DNA of 64,000 nt, taken from NCBI GenBank assembly GCA_963846425.1, contig CAWJVW010000005.1, positions 2,843,732-2,907,731 on the forward strand, read 5' to 3'. This document shows, piece by piece, positions 62,827 through 64,000 of the stretch; position 1 is the first letter of the stretch, and the number at the start of each line of letters is the position of its first letter. The DNA is from an uncultured Acidobacteriota bacterium. GTDB taxonomy: Bacteria; Acidobacteriota; Vicinamibacteria; Vicinamibacterales; UBA2999. Below the pieces are notes generated by a model. That model was not told the DNA's origin and ran no database searches. It saw only the letters and a list, made by a program, of their open reading frames with translations. The translations under genes were made by a program, and so were the position numbers.

Positions 62827-62923
62827 ACGAAGTGCTGATCACGAAGGCAGGACTTCTGATTATAGAGGACCGTTTGATTACGGTCTAGCTTGCGCTTGGA
62901 GCGGCGCTTGCTGTACTCCGAGA

Positions 62924-64000
62924 GTGAGGACGAAGCGTTTGCTGCCAACTCTTTTCGGGATCATGATCGCACTGCTGGCCGCGCAGATCGGCGTGCCTGC
63001 TGCCGCAGGTACTCCTCCATGGTCGGGCCGGTTGCAGATCACGCGATCGCGCATTCGTCGACGGGGCGGGGCAGCCTGTCCTGCCTCTCTGCGCGCATTT
63101 CGGCGAGGCGTTCAGCGCCTGGGTGCGCCGCCCGGCGGACGTCGAAGCGCAGCTTCGCATCATCAGAGACGCGGGCTACGACTGCATCCGCTTCTGGGAC
63201 AACCTCGGCGAGTACTCGGAAGCCTGGCGCGGCAAAGAGGTGAGCCCTTTCAGTTGGACCAACGGCGACGGCATCCGCGTGGACGCGACGCCAGCTTATT
63301 ACGACAAGCTGCGGCAATTTCTCGAGCTGCTCAAACGTGTCGGGTTGACGGCGCACCATAGCCGCGGGGATCTCGGACGCGGAAAGCCAGCGGTCCCGCT
63401 TGCGTCCGTTGTCGAGCACTCGAAGCGCATCGCCACGATTTACGACGCTATCGGCTGGCACGTGCTTGCGTTGTACGAAGGCAACAACGAGGATTTTCAG
63501 AACGGCAGTTTCGGCCCGGCAGGGCTGTTGCAGATCGTCGAGCCGTTGAAGGCACGCGGAGCGATTGTCGCTTCGTCATGCGCGGCTGCCTGTTCGGATG
63601 ACCGGGCGGACATGGTGAGTTACTCGCGAGGTTTCTCCGTGCGGTACTACCATGGTCCGCGCGGCGGCGATGCCGTCGAGCGACTCGCGCAAAAATTTTC
63701 CACCGGGTATGCGCGGACGGACGACCTGCCGTACCTCGGGTGGGAGGGCGAGCCGATTGGACCCAAACACGACCCCGGTCCAGGCGTCACGATCAACCAC
63801 ACCAACGACGCGGAGGAGATCGCACTCTTCCACGCGATGACTCTGGTTGGCGGCCGCTCGGCGGCGACCTACATGTCGCAACACGGTGTCTATTGGAAAG
63901 GCCCCATCGAACGCCAGGCTGGTTTTTTCGGCACGCCACGTCTTCGAGCCGTGCTTCGCGAATTCGCACCAGACGTGATGCGCTGGCCCCTGTATCATGG
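62924..64000 (+). pseudogene. Secreted TIM-barrel glycoside-hydrolase-like protein, 3'-partial, with apparent +1 frameshift near 63040-63050
   Basis: GTG 62924 gives signal peptide (M)RTKRLLPTLFGIMIALLAAQIGVPAAA in frame 2. Frame 0 is open from 62967 to the window end, so it is absent from the ORF track. It encodes ...RDRAFVDGAGQPVLPL..AHFGEAFSAWVRRPADVEAQLRIIRDAGYDCIRFWDNLGEY... The family call is tentative. Confidence 0.55.

Noticed and set aside
62684-63998. Track ORFs 62684-63361 (+), 62890-63243 (+), 63039-63461 (-), 63576-63998 (-)
   Set aside because: They overlap a frame that is stop-free for more than 1 kb to the window end and has a protein-like translation. Their own translations are Arg/Gly/Ala-rich and featureless, apart from the signal-peptide segment reused in the frameshift model.
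62740-64000. tRNA-Leu as an integration hotspot / start of a genomic island
   Set aside because: No integrase, no direct repeat of the tRNA 3' end, and no compositional shift in the roughly 1.2 kb available downstream. Only a glycosidase-like gene follows.

Overview
High-GC (by eye about two-thirds G+C) bacterial chromosomal segment. It is densely coding, with about 58 protein genes and one tRNA-Leu(CAG). I saw no rRNA, CRISPR array, transposase, integrase or prophage genes. A VWA protein whose N-terminus resembles the acidobacterial VWFA-related domain (TIGR03436, from memory) suggests Acidobacteriota; this is inference only.

Layout:
- 2-9682 (+): a translationally coupled DsbA / ABC-2 exporter / TPR-like / prepilin peptidase / PAS histidine kinase operon. 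It is followed by three PilV/W/X-like pseudopilins, a secreted coiled-coil protein and a sigma54 NtrC-type regulator.
- 9669-25851: housekeeping genes aroB, nadB, proS, an OmpA-family protein, tatC/tatA, an S41 protease, smc, DUF4097, an M48 peptidase and glpQ.
- 25905-45866 (-): a long minus-strand run. It holds the conserved rimP-nusA-infB-DUF503-rbfA-nrnA-truB-rpsO-pnp cluster, then rimO, asnS, a sugar-nucleotide/kinase/CYTH group, htrA and an M24 peptidase.
- 45997-64000: archease-rtcB, VWA, peptidases, glgP, a small stress-like cluster (BON, DUF72, YtxH, SDR), tRNA-Leu and a 3'-partial glycosidase-like gene.

Most notable observations:
1. rtcB is interrupted by a single in-frame TGA exactly at the conserved metal-ligand Cys (DIN-C-GVRL). 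An fdhF-like SECIS hairpin with a CAGGUCUG apex follows immediately, so this is a candidate selenocysteine RNA ligase.
2. At least 13 intergenic or intercistronic spacers are built from degenerate tandem repeats (8-9 nt units at most loci), often with an inverted arm. They fall into recurring motif families, and one family also occurs in-frame inside smc.
3. The kinase and the sigma54 regulator are separated by a minor-pilin-only gene set, with no major pilin, ATPase or secretin in the window.
4. Three genes show apparent +1 frameshifts. These are either assembly indels or pseudogenes.

All coordinates and motifs were read by eye. No database search or folding computation was possible.
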